NCBI GenBank assembly: GCA_032718475.1 | Contig: JAUCBJ010005607.1 | Coordinates: 17,883-81,882 of the forward strand | Length of the DNA stretch: 64,000 bases | Direction of reading: 5' to 3' | From: Nemertoderma westbladi | Lineage: Eukaryota > Animalia > Xenacoelomorpha | In this document: positions 12,321 through 25,335 of the stretch, piece by piece | Layout: the number at the start of each line of letters is the position of its first letter | How positions within the stretch are numbered: the first letter of the stretch is position 1 | Position numbers and translations under genes: made by a program | The notes under the pieces: generated by a model | Told to the model about the DNA's origin: nothing | Database searches by the model: none | Seen by the model: the letters and a program-made list of their open reading frames with translations, nothing else

Positions 12321-12966
12321 TGTGACGGGAGCCAACGGAGTTGGCAGTATCGGCTCCCGACCGGTGTGTGAATTGTACGTACGCATTGCCGCATCCGTGA
12401 GCTGCTGAGCTGTCGATTGGATGTGTACTAGTAGGCCAAAGGCCGTTGGAAACAATCTGAGTTCTGTTATCAGTATTAATAATCACAGTAATCGATAATA
12501 GCACAGTCTGAATATAATAGCATGCAATACAACGGTTAGTGACGATGGTCAAAACCTTTCCGGTCTCACAACTGTAAGGAACCAACTAAACTAATAATCA
12601 ATAATCACAACGGTTATATCATTGACACATGTTAAATTACCCCTACACTACAGGGTGGCCTTAATTTCCAATAGATGCGCTCTAATCACCCCCAATGTGC
12701 TTCCCAGCCCACCATTGGCTTAACCTGATTAATTCTCACCTCGCCACTCCCTGTTGCCACTGTCCCTGTGTGCTAGCCTTACTAGCTTATTTGTCCCTCT
12801 GAGGTGGTTTGACCTCTCAACTCTCTCTGTGGCTTACGGCATGTATCACCCCAGTTGGTTATGAGGTGACATTATTATTGCTTATAATGCACCTCGCTAA
12901 CCCTATTGGTAAAATGTCACTTATCCCATTTTCGGTGGGTAATGCACGGAATTGAATCCGCTTACA
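12321..12966 (-). repeat. 5' LTR of BEL element 1
   Basis: TGTGACGGGAGCC...CCGCTTACA, 646 bp. Confidence 0.92.
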
Positions 12967-13637
12967 GCTTCCAGAATTATATTATGGGGCCAACATGAAG
13001 GTACGTATGGGTGCAGCGCAGGTTAATAGTGCTGCAAACGTTGGGGTTTCCAGAATTATATTATGGGACCAACATGAAGGTACGTATGGGTGCAGCGCAG
13101 GTTAATAGTGCTGCAAACGTTGGGGATTCCTGAATTTTATTCTGGGGCCAATATGAAGGTACGTATGGGGCGCAGAGTAGATTAATAGTGCTGCAAACGT
13201 TGGAGCTTCCAGAATTATATTTCTGGGGCCAACATTAAGATGTACGTATGGGTGCAATGTAGATTAATAGTGCTGCAAATGTTGGGGCTTCCAGAATTAT
13301 ATTATGGGGCCAACAAGAAGGTACATATGGGTGTAGAGTAGATTAATAGTGCTGCAAACGTTGGGGCTTCCAGAATTATATTCTGGGTCCAACATTAAGG
13401 TACGTATGGGAGCAACGTAGATTAAAAGTGCTGCAAACGTTGTTGGGGCTTCCTGAATTATATTATGGGACCAACATGAAGGTACGTATGGGTGCAGCGT
13501 AGATTAATAGTGCTGCAAACTTTGGGGCTTCCAGAATTATATTATGGGGCCAACATGAAGGTACGTATGGGAGCAACGTAGATTAAAAGTGCTGCAAACG
13601 TTGGGGCTTCCTGAATTATATTTTGGGGCCAACATTG
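12967..13637. repeat. 79-bp satellite, right block (about 8 more diverged units)
   Basis: Same unit resumes in register after the TSD; small indels present. Confidence 0.95.
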
Positions 13638-13803
13638 AGCTCAAACATAACTAATTCCAGTATAGATCATAGCAACTAAGTATAACTGAACATTGCATAA
13701 TGTTATACATAATGTAGTAATTAGAATCATGTTAATCTTGAAGAACCATCATTAGAACCACAATTTTGACTCAACATTGGATATTATATTTTAATTATTT
13801 CAG

Positions 13804-14514
13804 ATTCATGTAGTGGAAACTATGTGTCCCATGGATCATGGTGGCCATTGAACAACAACTATGCCGGAAATGACATATTGGAAATTGCTAAACCACTTTC
13901 CTCCCACTCGCAAAATGATAACCACCCAGCAAACACTAACAACATAAAGGGCACTGTAAGATATGTCCCTGGACCAAGTGGCATCGCTAATCAAGCCATG
14001 GAATTTGCCAATGGATACATTTCATTCCCACATGCGGCTAACCAGTTAGTGGACAACACCTTCACCATAGTTGCATTTTTTAAGCCAGGCAACCAAGCTG
14101 GCCCTATATTAGGTTTTGGTGGTCACAACGAAAGAGGTACACATTTGTGGAACTATCTTCAACCGACTTCCCTATGGTACAGCTGTGGTGGCGCACAATC
14201 AATGACAGCAGATAATGCAATCACTACTGACACGTGGTACATGATTTCAGTGGGGGTCAATGCTGAAACTGGAAAAACACTTCTCTATAGTCGAATTGTA
14301 GGGACAAATATAGTAACAACGAAACTGTTTGATTCTCATTTTACTGGCAGATGTACTCCAGATATTACCAGCAATTTCAACATAGGATTTGATGAGAAGG
14401 ATTCAAGAAAACAGCTCGGGCATGTCGCCCATGTCCGATATTACGGCTGTTATTATACTCTGACACAGCTTAATGACATTTATGAGGAGGGTCTGGCTTT
14501 TGAACAGGAAAATG
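13804..14514 (+). CDS. Host gene exon encoding a concanavalin A-like/LamG-like domain
   Basis: ttttcag|AT acceptor and AATG|gtaagt donor; 711 bp, phase 1-1. Motifs WWPL...GP.G...A.EF, FTIVAFFKP, WYMISV, FNIG, G.VAHVRYY...LT..QL..IY. Confidence 0.85.
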
Positions 14515-14953
14515 GTAAGTTTATGATCCAGTTTCTAAATGAATTCGAATAAATAAATTGTAAAAGAAATTACTGCTAGAGGTGCATGTGCTAGAGGAGG
14601 GAGGGGGTCGTCAAAATTTGGGGTGTAGAATTTCTAATTGCAGATTAGTCCGAAAGTCACTCACATCAAACCAAGTTGTTGATAGGACTAGGGATCTTTT
14701 TTAGTAACAAAAATATTTCAAATTTGATTTAAAACCAACAATAAATACCAATGAATTAAAAATAATTTTCAAGTTTTACTAAATACATGGGTGTAAAAAT
14801 TGATTCCCATACTTTTTTAATAATTAACTACAGAAATAGAACATACAAACACAAAGACTTTCAACTAATAATATCTAAAATTAAAATTCAAGCATTCTGA
14901 CCCGCGATGGGTGCGGAGGCTGGGGGGGGGGGGGGGGGGGGGCAGAGAGGAGA

Positions 14954-17450
14954 TCGTAGAGACCCTCTGATAGTGCAGGGTCCGCGGTCCCGAGGATGTC
15001 GTAGAGACCCTCTGGTAGTGCAGGGTCCGTGGTCCCGAGGATGGAGGCCATAGAGACCCTCTGGTGGTGTAGGGTCCGCGGTCCCGAGGATGGAGGCCGT
15101 AGAGACCCTCTGATAGTGCAGGGTCCGTGGTCCCGAGGATGTCGTAGAGACCCTCTGATAGTGCAGGGTCCGCGGTCCCGAGGATGGAGGCCATAGAGAC
15201 CCTCTGGTAGTGCATGGTCTGCGGTCCCGAGGATGGAGGCCGTAGAGACCCTCTGGTAGTGCAGGGTCCGCGGTCCCGAGGATGGAGGCCGTAGAGACCC
15301 TCTGGTAGTGCAGGGTCCGCGGTCCCGAGGATGGAGGCCGTAGAGACCCTCTGGTAGTGCAGGGTCCGCGGTCCCGAGGATGGAGGCCGTAGAGACCCTC
15401 TGGTAGTGCAGGGTCCGTGGTCCCGAGGATGGAGGCCGTAGAGACCCTCTGGTAGTGCAGGGTCCGCGGTCCCGAGGATGGAGGCCGTCGAGACCCTCTG
15501 GTAGTGCAGGGTCCGCGGTCCCGAGGATGGAGGCCGTAGAGACCCTCTGGTAGTGCAGGGTCCGCGGTCCCGAGGATGGAGGCCGTAGAGACCCTCTGGT
15601 AGTGCAGGGTCCGTGGTCCCGAGGATGGAGGCCGTCGAGACCCTCTGGTAGTGCAGGCTCCGCGGTCCCGAGGATGGAGGCCGTAGAGACCCTCTGGTAG
15701 TGCAGGGTCCGCGGTCCCGAGGATGGAGGCCGTAGAGACCCTCTGGTAGTGCAGGGTCCGTGGTCCCGAGGATGGAGGCCGTAGAGACCCTCTGGTAGTG
15801 TAGGGTCCGCGGTCCCGAGGATGGAGGCCGTCGAGACCCTCTGGTAGTGCAGGGTCCGTGGTCCCGAGGATGTAGGCGTAGAGACCCTCTGATAGTGCAG
15901 GGTCCGCGGTCCCGAGGATGGAGGCTGTAGAGACCCTCTGGTAGTGCAGGGTCTGCAGTCCCGAGGATGGAGGCCATAGAGACCCTCTGATAGTGCAGGG
16001 TCCGCGGTCCCGAGGATGTCGTAGAGACCCTCTGGTAGTGCAGGGTCCGCGGTCCCGAGGATGGAGGCCGTAGTGACCCTCTGATAGTGCAGGGTCCGTG
16101 GTCCCGAGGATGGAGGCCATAGAGACCCTATGATAATGCAGGGTCCGCGGTCCCGAGGATGTCGTAGAGACCCTCTGGTAGTACAGGGTCCGTGGTCCCG
16201 AGGATGGAGGCCATAGAGACCCTATGATAATGCAGGGTCCGCGGTCCCGAGGATGTCGTAGAGACCCTCTGGTAGTGCAGGGTCCGCGGTCCCGAGGATG
16301 GAGGCCGTAGAGACCCTATGATAATGCAGGGTCCGCGGTCCCGAGGATGTCGTAGAGACCCTCTGATAGTGCAGGATTCGTGGTCCCGAGGATGGAGGCT
16401 GTAGAGACCCTCTGGTAGTGCAGGGTCCGTGGTCCCGAGGATGGAGGCCATAGAGACCCTATGATAATGCAGGGTCCGCGGTCCCGAGGATGTCGTAGAG
16501 ACCCTCTGATAGTGCAGGATTCGTGGTCCCGAGGATGGAGGCTGTAGAGACCCTCTGGTAGTGCAGGGTCCGTGGTCCCGAGGATGGAGGCCATAGAGAC
16601 CCTATGATAATGCAGGGTCCGCGGTCCCGAGGATGTCGTAGAGACCCTCTGATAGTGCAGGATTTGTGGTCCCGAGGATGGAGGCTGTAGAGACCCTTTG
16701 GTAGTGCAGGGTCCGTGGTCCCGAGGATGGAGGCCATAGAGACCCTATGATAATGCAGGGTCCGTGGTCCCGAGGATGTCGTAGAGACCCTCTGGTAGTG
16801 CAGGGTCCGCGGTCCCGAGGATGGAGGCCGTAGAGACCCTCTGATAGTGCAGGGTCCGCGGTCCCGAGGATGTCGTAGAGACCCTCTGGTAGTGCAGGGT
16901 CCGCGGTCCCGAGGATGGAGGCCGTAGTGACCCTCTGATAGTGCAGGATTCGTGGTCCCGAGGATGGAGGCTGTAGAGACCCTCTGGTAGTGCAGGGTCC
17001 GCGGTCCCGAGGATGGAGGCTGTAGAGACCCTCTGGTAGTGCAGGGTCCGCGGTCCCGAGGATGTCGTAGAGACCCTCTGATAGTGCAGGGTCCGCAGTC
17101 CCGAGGATGGAGGCCGTCGAGACCCTCTGGTAGTGCAGCGTCCGCGGTCCCGAGGCTGGAGGCCGTAGAGACCCTCTGGTAGTGCTCTGTCCGCGGTCCC
17201 GAGGATGGAGGCTGTAGAGACCCTCTGGTAGTGCAGGGTCCGTGGTCCCGAGGATGGAGGCCGTAGAGACCCTCTGGAAGTGCAGGATCTGCGGTCCCGA
17301 GGATGTCATAGAGACCCTCTGGTAATGCGGGGTCCGCTGTCCCGAGGATGCAGGCCGTAGAGACCCTATGATAATGCAGGGTCCGCGGTCCCGAGGATGT
17401 TGTAGAGACCCTCTGGTAATGCAGGTCCGCAGTCCGAGGTTGGAGGCCGT
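14954..17450. repeat. GC-rich 49/45-bp minisatellite
   Basis: Unit gaggatggaggccgtagagaccctctggtagtgcagggtccgcggtccc, with a 45-bp variant (gaggatgtcgtag). The overlapping ORFs have a 49-aa period. Confidence 0.96.
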
Positions 17451-18070
17451 GGGTCGATCAGGATGGCTATGAGGATGCGTTGGAGTACGAACCGATGGGA
17501 TTTCGGCTCCTGAGTGACTCTGCTCCACGTGTGTTCTTATTATTGATCAAATATTAAATACAAACCGTATTACAAATATATACATACAATATATATACAA
17601 TACAATATACATTGTATACTATACAATACAAATATATACAAACAATATTAAAATTAAAAATGTGTTTACATAATTAAAACAAGCCTTTTATATACTTTAC
17701 TTATATACATTGAAAAAAGTTGAATATACCAGGATTTATAAAATGCGAAATAATTAAATTTGACTTTAAATAATATAGCAATATATTATGGATCATGAGT
17801 TTATACTATTAATATAATACTGTATGTCTATTCCTTGCAGCATTTAGGCCACTTGGGCTTTCAATGGCTCTTGTGGAATATCTTTGGTATGTATAAGAAA
17901 GAGTTATACATCTCAAAAAGTTTAGCGTCATCTAGCGAGTAACTATGATATTGACTATGTTATATACGTCATACACATGTATATTTTGAAAGCGCAATTA
18001 GGCCAATATTAAATAATTGAATTGGATGCCTATTACATATAAGATTATTATAGGAATTATTGTTCAGGCA

Positions 18071-18492
18071 TTTTGTTTGTATGAAGTTCGTATCCAATGG
18101 GTTTTCGGCGTGTTTGTTTGTGTGAAGTTCGTATCCAATGGGTTTTCGGCGTGTTTGTTTGTATGAAGTTCGTATCCATTGGGTTTTCGGCGTGTTTGTT
18201 TGTATGAAGTTCGTATCCAATGGGTTTTCGGCGTGTTTGTTTGTGTGAAGTTCGTATCCAATGGGTTTTCGGCGTGTTTGTTTGTATGAAGTTCGTATCC
18301 AATGGGTTTTCGGCGTGTTTGTTTGTGTGAAGTTCGTATCCAATGGGTTTTCGGCGTGTTTGTTTGTATGAAGTTCGTATCCAATGGGATTTCGGCGTGT
18401 TTGTTTGTGTGAAGTTCGTATCCAATGGGTTTTCGGCGTGTTTGTTTGTGTGAAGTTCGTATCCAATGGGTTTTCGGCGTGTTTGTTTGTGT
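18071..18492. repeat. 41-bp minisatellite (about 10 copies)
   Basis: Unit gttttcggcgtgtttgtttgt(a/g)tgaagttcgtatccaatgg. Confidence 0.95.
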
Positions 18493-18819
18493 TTTTAAAC
18501 GTATCATAGCCAACTGGAATTTACCCTTTCGGTACACCCAAAATCAATTCCTGCAGATATACTTGTTATTAATCTTTCTAAGAAACCCCTGTCTCCTAAT
18601 GAATCCAATTTACTCAGTTTGGGTGGTAAATTTTGGTTCCCCTAAATCAATCCCTACTCTCGCTCGCTCTTTTGTCCAAGATTGAATGAATATGCCTGTC
18701 TACGAGCAACCAAGAAAGATGTAGCCGATTACCGCATTTCTGACTTTCGTAATTGTTCCTTCTGTGACCTTCTTTTAGCGCCCCAACATAAATCCCCCCT
18801 CCCCGCCCCCTCTCCCCCT

Positions 18820-19300
18820 CTACTTGGAAAAAGCTAAAGGGATTGTTGTCCTGGACAGTCCTTGTTATGAGAACACGCTGTATATATTAAATTCCGGATA
18901 TTCCGAACTTCAAACAGATCCCTCCATTGCATATAACCGACCGATTCTTTCGTGAGTTCCTACTCTCTACTTATGCCGGCCGTAAAGTATCTGGCCGCCG
19001 CCGCCGTAGAGATGAAGTACTGGAATCCAAAAAACCCTCAGAGATATGCAGAATACCATCGCTTGTGTAAGTCTCAAGGTAGGCCTGGCGCCTTTTATGG
19101 CCTTGTTAAAACTCACAAATACCCCAAATTCCCGGTCTCTGAAGTAGATAAAGACGTCTGGTGATCTAACCTCAAAATACGACCAATTTACCCTGTGTTT
19201 AAGGGTATAGATGCCCCAATTAGAAGAATGCTTACTATGCCTTCAAACCCTCCCACAACCGGATCGCTACATTCGCAAACCTTTCGACGCATTTTATTAA
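18820..19300 (+). pseudogene. Penelope-like retroelement RT fragment
   Basis: KAKGIVVLD..Y at about 18830, then GRPGAFYGLVKTHK...(stop)...LKIRPI, matching the Penelope P.FYGLPK.HK...RPI motif. Confidence 0.7.
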
Positions 19301-19369
19301 ATATTCATGTCTCTTGTGATTGGTCCCATATATATAATATAATAGAATAATATATAATACTGTATTTAA

Positions 19370-19812
19370 CCCTATTTTGCCCGAATGGGGGGGGGGGGGG
19401 GGGGGGGGGGGTGGTGGTGTGGCACAATAAGTTTACAAGTAGCACATATTTGATAATCGCATAACGCATTAAGAAATCAACATGATTTTATGGCCATATT
19501 GGCTTTCCGTGTAGCTGAATTCGTATATGACACTCAACAATTTCGGTTCTGATTGATTGTGGTATTTTTTAATAGGTGCCAATGAGTGAAAAAGGAAGTA
19601 GCACAGGCTGATAATAATTTGATAGTCTACGATAAAATAATTTTAATAAGTTGTTGGATGTGGCTTTTGAGTCACATAGAATTGTCCCCAACTTGTATTT
19701 CATTTGCTCATTTCCACAACGCAAATAACAACGGATTATTCCCAAAAATAAAACTGTAACGTCTTCTATTGAGTTTAGTATATTGTTTTGGTTAGAATAA
19801 CGCGCCAAAGTT
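19370..19812. mobile_element. Possible degraded piggyBac-like MITE
   Basis: TTAA|CCCTATT followed by a G-run, like the left end at 47869. Right end not clearly identified. Confidence 0.3.
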
Positions 19813-19971
19813 AACCTGCTCCTTTCCCTAAATAGATATGTTAACATTCTAACATTGAACATTTTAACATTCTAAAGTTTCAATTACTTCATAATTAAAA
19901 ACACCCATAAGTGAATAACACAAATATTGTTTGTGGCTTATAAAAGTTATCATTATTGTTAATTGTTTCAG

Positions 19972-20643
19972 CTGATGGTTGCCAATACGAATCATACTGG
20001 CCTTTGAGTAGGCAACATGGAGCCAGAGACACGGGTGGAAACCTCCATGGCACAATTAGAGGAAACGTTGAGTATGGTACAGGCCCAGCTGGAGTCGTCA
20101 ATCAGGCAACATTTTTCAATGGGTCTTACATTTCAATTGAACATCGACATGAATTATCCACAGCAGCATCCACCATAGTGGCTTTTGTAAAGCATACAGC
20201 TATAGATGACACAACAAGGGGCGAAACAAGGCTAGGTGATATTGTGTTTGGGTATCAACATCGCGATATTGTAAAGACAGGTGCTGCAGTTTTTTTTAAT
20301 CTTGAACCTTATTTACATATATACTACGTGCATCAAAGTAAAAGGGCGCGCATGAGTGTAACTAATGTGAACAAGATTCGTAACAAGTGGTACATGGTAG
20401 CTGTATCAATAGATAACATATTAAAAGATGGCCTGTTATTCATACAAGAAGTGGATACCAATGTCACATGGCGCCTACCTTTTAAGAGTTATGGCCGTTC
20501 GTTTCGAGATGCGAACTTCCCTTTCATCATTGGCCAAATGCAAAACGGATATGTTGCACATGTTCAATACTACAGCTGTGCTTTAAGTGTAATGGACTTG
20601 AAAGAGGTTTATAGTAAAACATTGGATGAAGAAAGGAAAATAG
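19972..20643 (+). CDS. Host gene exon encoding a second ConA/LamG-like domain
   Basis: tgtttcag|CT acceptor and ATAG|gtgaga donor; 672 bp, phase 1-1. Paralogous to exon 13804 (YWPL, GPAGVVNQA.FFNGSYIS, TIVAFVK, WYMVAV, VAHVQYY.C). Confidence 0.85.
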
Positions 20644-21139
20644 GTGAGAGTATATTCGTAGTAAATTTAATATCATATTTTCATCGATTCTCATATACAA
20701 TGCAATATTATGTTCCAGTGAAGCCACACAGCCCACTACACTAACAGGAATCAATAATGATTCCAAATCTCATAATTAAATTAAGAAATATCTGAGATCT
20801 GAGGATCAAAGGTTTTCTCCTTGTTCACTTCATTCACATTTTATAATTTCAAACATTCTGGGACACTCAGTTGCATGGTTCCATTATGTATGAGGTGGGA
20901 CCAGAATGGATTTGAAAATATTACTAATATAACTAAGTTATGTTAATAATAAATAGCTAATAGGTTTCCCTACAAAATCCACCTATTTACTATATGTAAA
21001 TGCATTCTCAACGTCCATGGGAATGCCTACCTTGTATAGGTTTCCAGAAAATTAGATCTGGTATGAGCTCGCCTATTCTTCTACATCAGTGCCACCTAAC
21101 AACTAAATCGCTGTCTGCGCTCATGTAGATATTATACAG

Positions 21140-23735
21140 TAGATAGATTTATTTATACATTATGTAAAAACAATAACAAATACACCAAACAATGTACCGG
21201 TATAAAGGTATTGTCCAACATAACATATAGCGGATTACCCCTAAAGCTTTGCAGCTTATTTCCAAGGGGGTCGTTTATGTTACCTGGTTACAAATTCAAT
21301 ATTACACTACGCTAACTTAAAACCAATATAAAACGTAATTACACTATGTACATGTACAACTTTACCGAGAGCGTGACAATGTCCGACTCAACGATAAAGA
21401 TGTAATGTACAGAACAATTTATTATAAAACGTATTTACAGTATAAATAGTAAAATTAATAATTAATAAACTAATAACTTACTGTAGGACTATTGTACCTA
21501 ATTTTACATTGCACACGGAGGTGAGATTCAACTGCAGATTTAAAAGAATGTTGATTATTTATGTTTTTATTTCATTAGGCAGAGCGTTCCAATTTTTAAT
21601 ACTGTTAAAAAAGAAAGTATCAGATTCAAAGGATTTACAATTCGGGAGGTAGAAGTTTGAAGCACTAGCTCTGGTACTGTAAGAGTGTGTATTGCGTACT
21701 CTGTTGAATTTTTGTTTTAGGTAATTGGGACATTTACCATTATACACTTTATGCACATGGTTAAGGCGTAGCTGCTTAACTCTACTATCTAAGTTAAGTA
21801 GTCCAGATTCAGAAAAGTCATCTGGAGTTAGGTGGTGCCGAGGTGTGTAGTCTTTAATAAATCGTACTACTTTATTCTGAGCTACTTGTAATTTACATTT
21901 AAGCTGTTTGGTTAAGCTTTCATACCAAGAAGAGCACGCATAGTCCATGTTACACTGTATTAAAGAAGAGCAAAGTAACCTGCGGGAGTCGGTATTTAAA
22001 CTATTTTTATTTCTGTATAGAAACCTAAGCCTACTGTTAACTTTCGAGAAAATATTTTTCACTGTACTTTCTCCTGATAAGCAGTTATCCAATGTGGCGC
22101 CTAAATATTTAACTTCCTTTTTATTTTCAATCTTATGTCCATTACTAGTGACTTCAAACTTAGTTACCTTCTTTAACTTTCTTTTGGAACCAAACAAAAT
22201 ACTTTCAGTCTTACCGTAGTGAATGGATAGCTTATTATCAACCAACCACTCATTACAGGATTCTAGAACTGCACTTAACTTTTGGGAAATATGGATAGGA
22301 TCTTTATGAGAGAAAATAAGAGCACTGTCGTCGGCATATAAAATGAGTTTAAAATCGGGATCTATACTACTTATCATATCATTTACATAGCATACAAAAA
22401 GCAGAGGACCTAATATACTACCGTGCGGTACACCACAGGTAATCTCTTGTACAGTAGACTGCGATTTGCCAATGACTACAGTTTGACCTCTGTCTGACAG
22501 GTACGACTTGAACCAGTCTATAGAACCTACACCCATCAGGCCTAACTTACCAAGCAGAATTTCGTGATCTACAGTATCGAAAGCCTTTTGTAGGTCCAAC
22601 ATTACTATACCAGTATATAAACCCTTTGCGTTATTACATCTAATTGTATCAGTTAAGTTAATAAGGCAGGTGTCTGTAGAATATGATTTACGAAAACCAG
22701 ACTGAAGTTTATAGATCAGATTTAGCCTACTAAGATGTGCTTCCAGCTGTAGAAAAACAGAACGTTCTAGAATTTTAGATACAATACTTAAGATACGAAC
22801 AGGTCTGTAATTACAGGGTTCTACTTTACTATTCTTTTTATACAGAGGAACAACCTTAGCTAATTTCAGTTCGTCTGGTACTACATTATCTACGATAGAG
22901 TAATTAATAATAAAAGTAATAGGCACTTTAAGTACTTCAGCACCATCCTTAAGAAAACGGGCTGGTATTAGATCTAGACCGGTACTTTTTGAGGCTGATA
23001 GGCTAAGTAGATTTTTAAAAACGAAATCCTCAGAAACGGGTTTTAAAAATAACTTTTCTGAATTTTGTAACTTTTCTAAATAAAAAATATTTAGAGTTTC
23101 GGACCCTATACTATATTTATTACTTGATAACGGTAACTTCTTAACTAAATTAGAGGCAACATTAGTAAAATAATTATTAAATAAATTACTAACTAGAGTA
23201 TGATCATGAATCAGCTCACCGTTATCTTGCAGAACAATATTCGATTTAGATTTAAGGTTTTTATAACCTAAAGATTTTAGGGTAGACCATAGACTTTTAG
23301 GATTATCTTTATTCTCACTTATTTTGTTGTATAAATATTCAGATTTAGCTTTTTTTATTTCCCGTTGGACAATGATTTCTATATTTGCAGTAATTATTAT
23401 TATAATCAGCTAAAACACAGTATTTCCTAAATTTATACAAATAGTTATCTCTTTCTCTGATATTACTAAGAATAACCGAGGTCATCCAGGGCTCAGTGCG
23501 TTGTTTAAGACTAATTTCTTTAATTGGTGCTATAGTATTAAGTGCCTTTAGAAATATATCTTTAAAAACAGTGTAGGCAAGGTTAATGTCAGCGGCCTTA
23601 AAACAGGGTTCCCAGTCAGAATTAACTAACAAACCTAAAAAGCGTTCCTTTCTGTAATTTTTCATAGACCTAACTGTTACTGTTTTATGATCCCGGAAAA
23701 AAGATTTTTGTGTCTTTCTTGTGCAAAAAACTATA
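21140..23735 (-). mobile_element. 5'-truncated CR1/L2-group LINE
   Basis: RT ORF 21559-22926 plus upstream ORF2 fragment (23345-23730, PWMT motif). 3' UTR stem-loop 'gacccccttggaaataagc...ttaggggtaatcc', and AATAAA near 21150. Confidence 0.88.
21559..22926 (-). CDS. LINE reverse transcriptase (ORF2 fragment)
   Basis: [37 protein letters not shown] and KYLG motifs. Confidence 0.9.
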   Translation of the reverse strand: MPITFIINYSIVDNVVPDELKLAKVVPLYKKNSKVEPCNYRPVRILSIVSKILERSVFLQLEAHLSRLNLIYKLQSGFRKSYSTDTCLINLTDTIRCNNAKGLYTGIVMLDLQKAFDTVDHEILLGKLGLMGVGSIDWFKSYLSDRGQTVVIGKSQSTVQEITCGVPHGSILGPLLFVCYVNDMISSIDPDFKLILYADDSALIFSHKDPIHISQKLSAVLESCNEWLVDNKLSIHYGKTESILFGSKRKLKKVTKFEVTSNGHKIENKKEVKYLGATLDNCLSGESTVKNIFSKVNSRLRFLYRNKNSLNTDSRRLLCSSLIQCNMDYACSSWYESLTKQLKCKLQVAQNKVVRFIKDYTPRHHLTPDDFSESGLLNLDSRVKQLRLNHVHKVYNGKCPNYLKQKFNRVRNTHSYSTRASASNFYLPNCKSFESDTFFFNSIKNWNALPNEIKT

Positions 23736-25133
23736 AAATAAAATTTAAAATTTATTTGATATACATGTAGGTGGTATTGCAATCTAAGAGATAAATTACG
23801 CATTAATTAATTGTCAGAATAATATCAAGGGTATATTTATAATAATGAATTAATAAATACATACAATATTGCAATGTTATATATAGTTAATATACGGAAA
23901 TAATAATAACCTTAAGAAAATAAAACTGAATAATCACTAAATAATAATTTATTTCACAATAATTCATTTAAATCAATTTGCTTGAAATCACATCCCTCCA
24001 GAGGTCGGGTGGGGGGGGGGGGGGGGGGGGCTGACACCACGCTGAGCCTGAGGTGGTCCATCATCAGGGGTCTGGGGTCACAGCCCCCAACAGGGTTCAG
24101 CTGGTGGGCGATCCCCAAGTAGGCGAGGGAATCCCGACTGGGTTTTGTCTTGGTTTGATACGCGTCGCCGCGTTCGCTTACTGTGGCTGATTATGGGCTG
24201 AAAGGCCGAAGGCCGCTATAATAAAAGAGTTTGGTGTTAATGTTGTTGATCTCTGATAGGTATAGATACCGGTAATACAGCACAAGTACAATAAATGTGT
24301 TTGGTGACGATGACAGTTGAAAACCGTTCGACATGTACACTCTATAAAACCAACTGAAGGCACAATTAATGGGTAACGGTTATATATAATTACTACACAT
24401 GGAATATTGCTATCTACAGTTTGGCCTGGCCAATGGATCTAGGACACTTCCCCCCGGACAGTTCCCCCCGGACACTTCCCCCCCGGACACTTCCCCCCCC
24501 GGACACTTGCCCCCTGGACACTTCCCCCCCGCCCAAGTAGGACACTTCCTCCCCGGACACTTCCCCCCGGACAGTTCTCCCCCGGACACTTCCCACAGGA
24601 CAGTTCCCCCCCGGACACTTCCCCCCCCGTCCAAGTAGGACACTTCCCCCCCCGGACACTTGCCCCCCGGACACTTCCCCCCCGCCCAAGTAGGACACTT
24701 CCTCCCCGGACACTTCCCCCCGGACAGTTCTCCCCCGGACACTTCCCACAGGACAGTTCCCCCCCGGACACTTCCCCCCCGTCCAAGTAGGACACTTGCC
24801 CCCCGGACACTTCCCCCCCCAGACACTTCCCCCCCGGACACTTCCCCCTGGACAGTTACCCCCCGGACACTTCCCCCCCGGACAGTTCCCCCCCGGACAC
24901 TTCCCCCCCGCCCAAGTAGGACACTTCCCCCCCGGACACTTTCCCCCCGGACACTTCCCCCCCGGGCACTTGCCCCCGGACACTTCCCCCCCAGTTAAAG
25001 TGTTAATCTGGGTGCATCAAAGCAATAAACAAAGGTTAAAGATGGTTACAGGACAAGTTGTATTTAGACAAGTTTTTTCAAAATTATAAAAGAAACATTT
25101 TTATAGTCATATTTTGTTTGTTTTTCTTTTAAT

Positions 25134-25335
25134 TGGGGGCTGCCGCCCCCTAACCCCCGCTTCTTTTGTTGGGGGCGGCCGCCCCCAAACCCCCGTTTCT
25201 TTTCTTGGGGCTGCGCCCCCAAACCCCTGCTTCTTTTCTTTGGGGCTGCCGCCCCCAAACCCCCGCTTCTTTTCTTGGGGGCTGCAGCCCCCAAACCCCC
25301 GCTTATTTTCTTGGGGGTTATCGCCCCCAGACCCC
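25134..25335. repeat. About 33-bp tandem repeat (ggggctgccgcccccaaacccccgcttcttttctt)
   Basis: About 6 copies visible. Confidence 0.8.

Larger units (their letters stand above)
5814..12966 (-). mobile_element. BEL/Pao LTR retrotransposon, internally deleted, inserted into the 79-bp satellite
   Basis: Two similar LTRs (5814-7329 and 12321-12966) with TGT...ACA ends, and a 5-bp TSD GCTTC (5809-5813, 12967-12971). PPT on the minus strand at about 7330-7337. Integrase remnants are homologous to the 56719-62106 Pol. The 5' LTR abuts integrase sequence directly, so PBS, gag, PR and RT are missing. Confidence 0.93.

Noticed and set aside
14954-17450. Hammerhead ribozyme in the 49-bp unit (CTGATAG next to a stem)
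   Set aside because: No CUGANGA plus GAAA core is present.
14865-17528. Long minus-strand ORFs (370, 410, 308 aa)
   Set aside because: They are translations of a 49-bp repeat cycling through all three frames; no domain or splice support.
17841-17886. Possible 46-bp micro-exon (ttgcag|...|gtatgt)
   Set aside because: Splice signals look good, but including it alone would shift the frame between the two LamG exons; unsupported without RNA data.
17969-18537. Three overlapping repetitive ORFs
   Set aside because: Artefacts of the 41-bp minisatellite.
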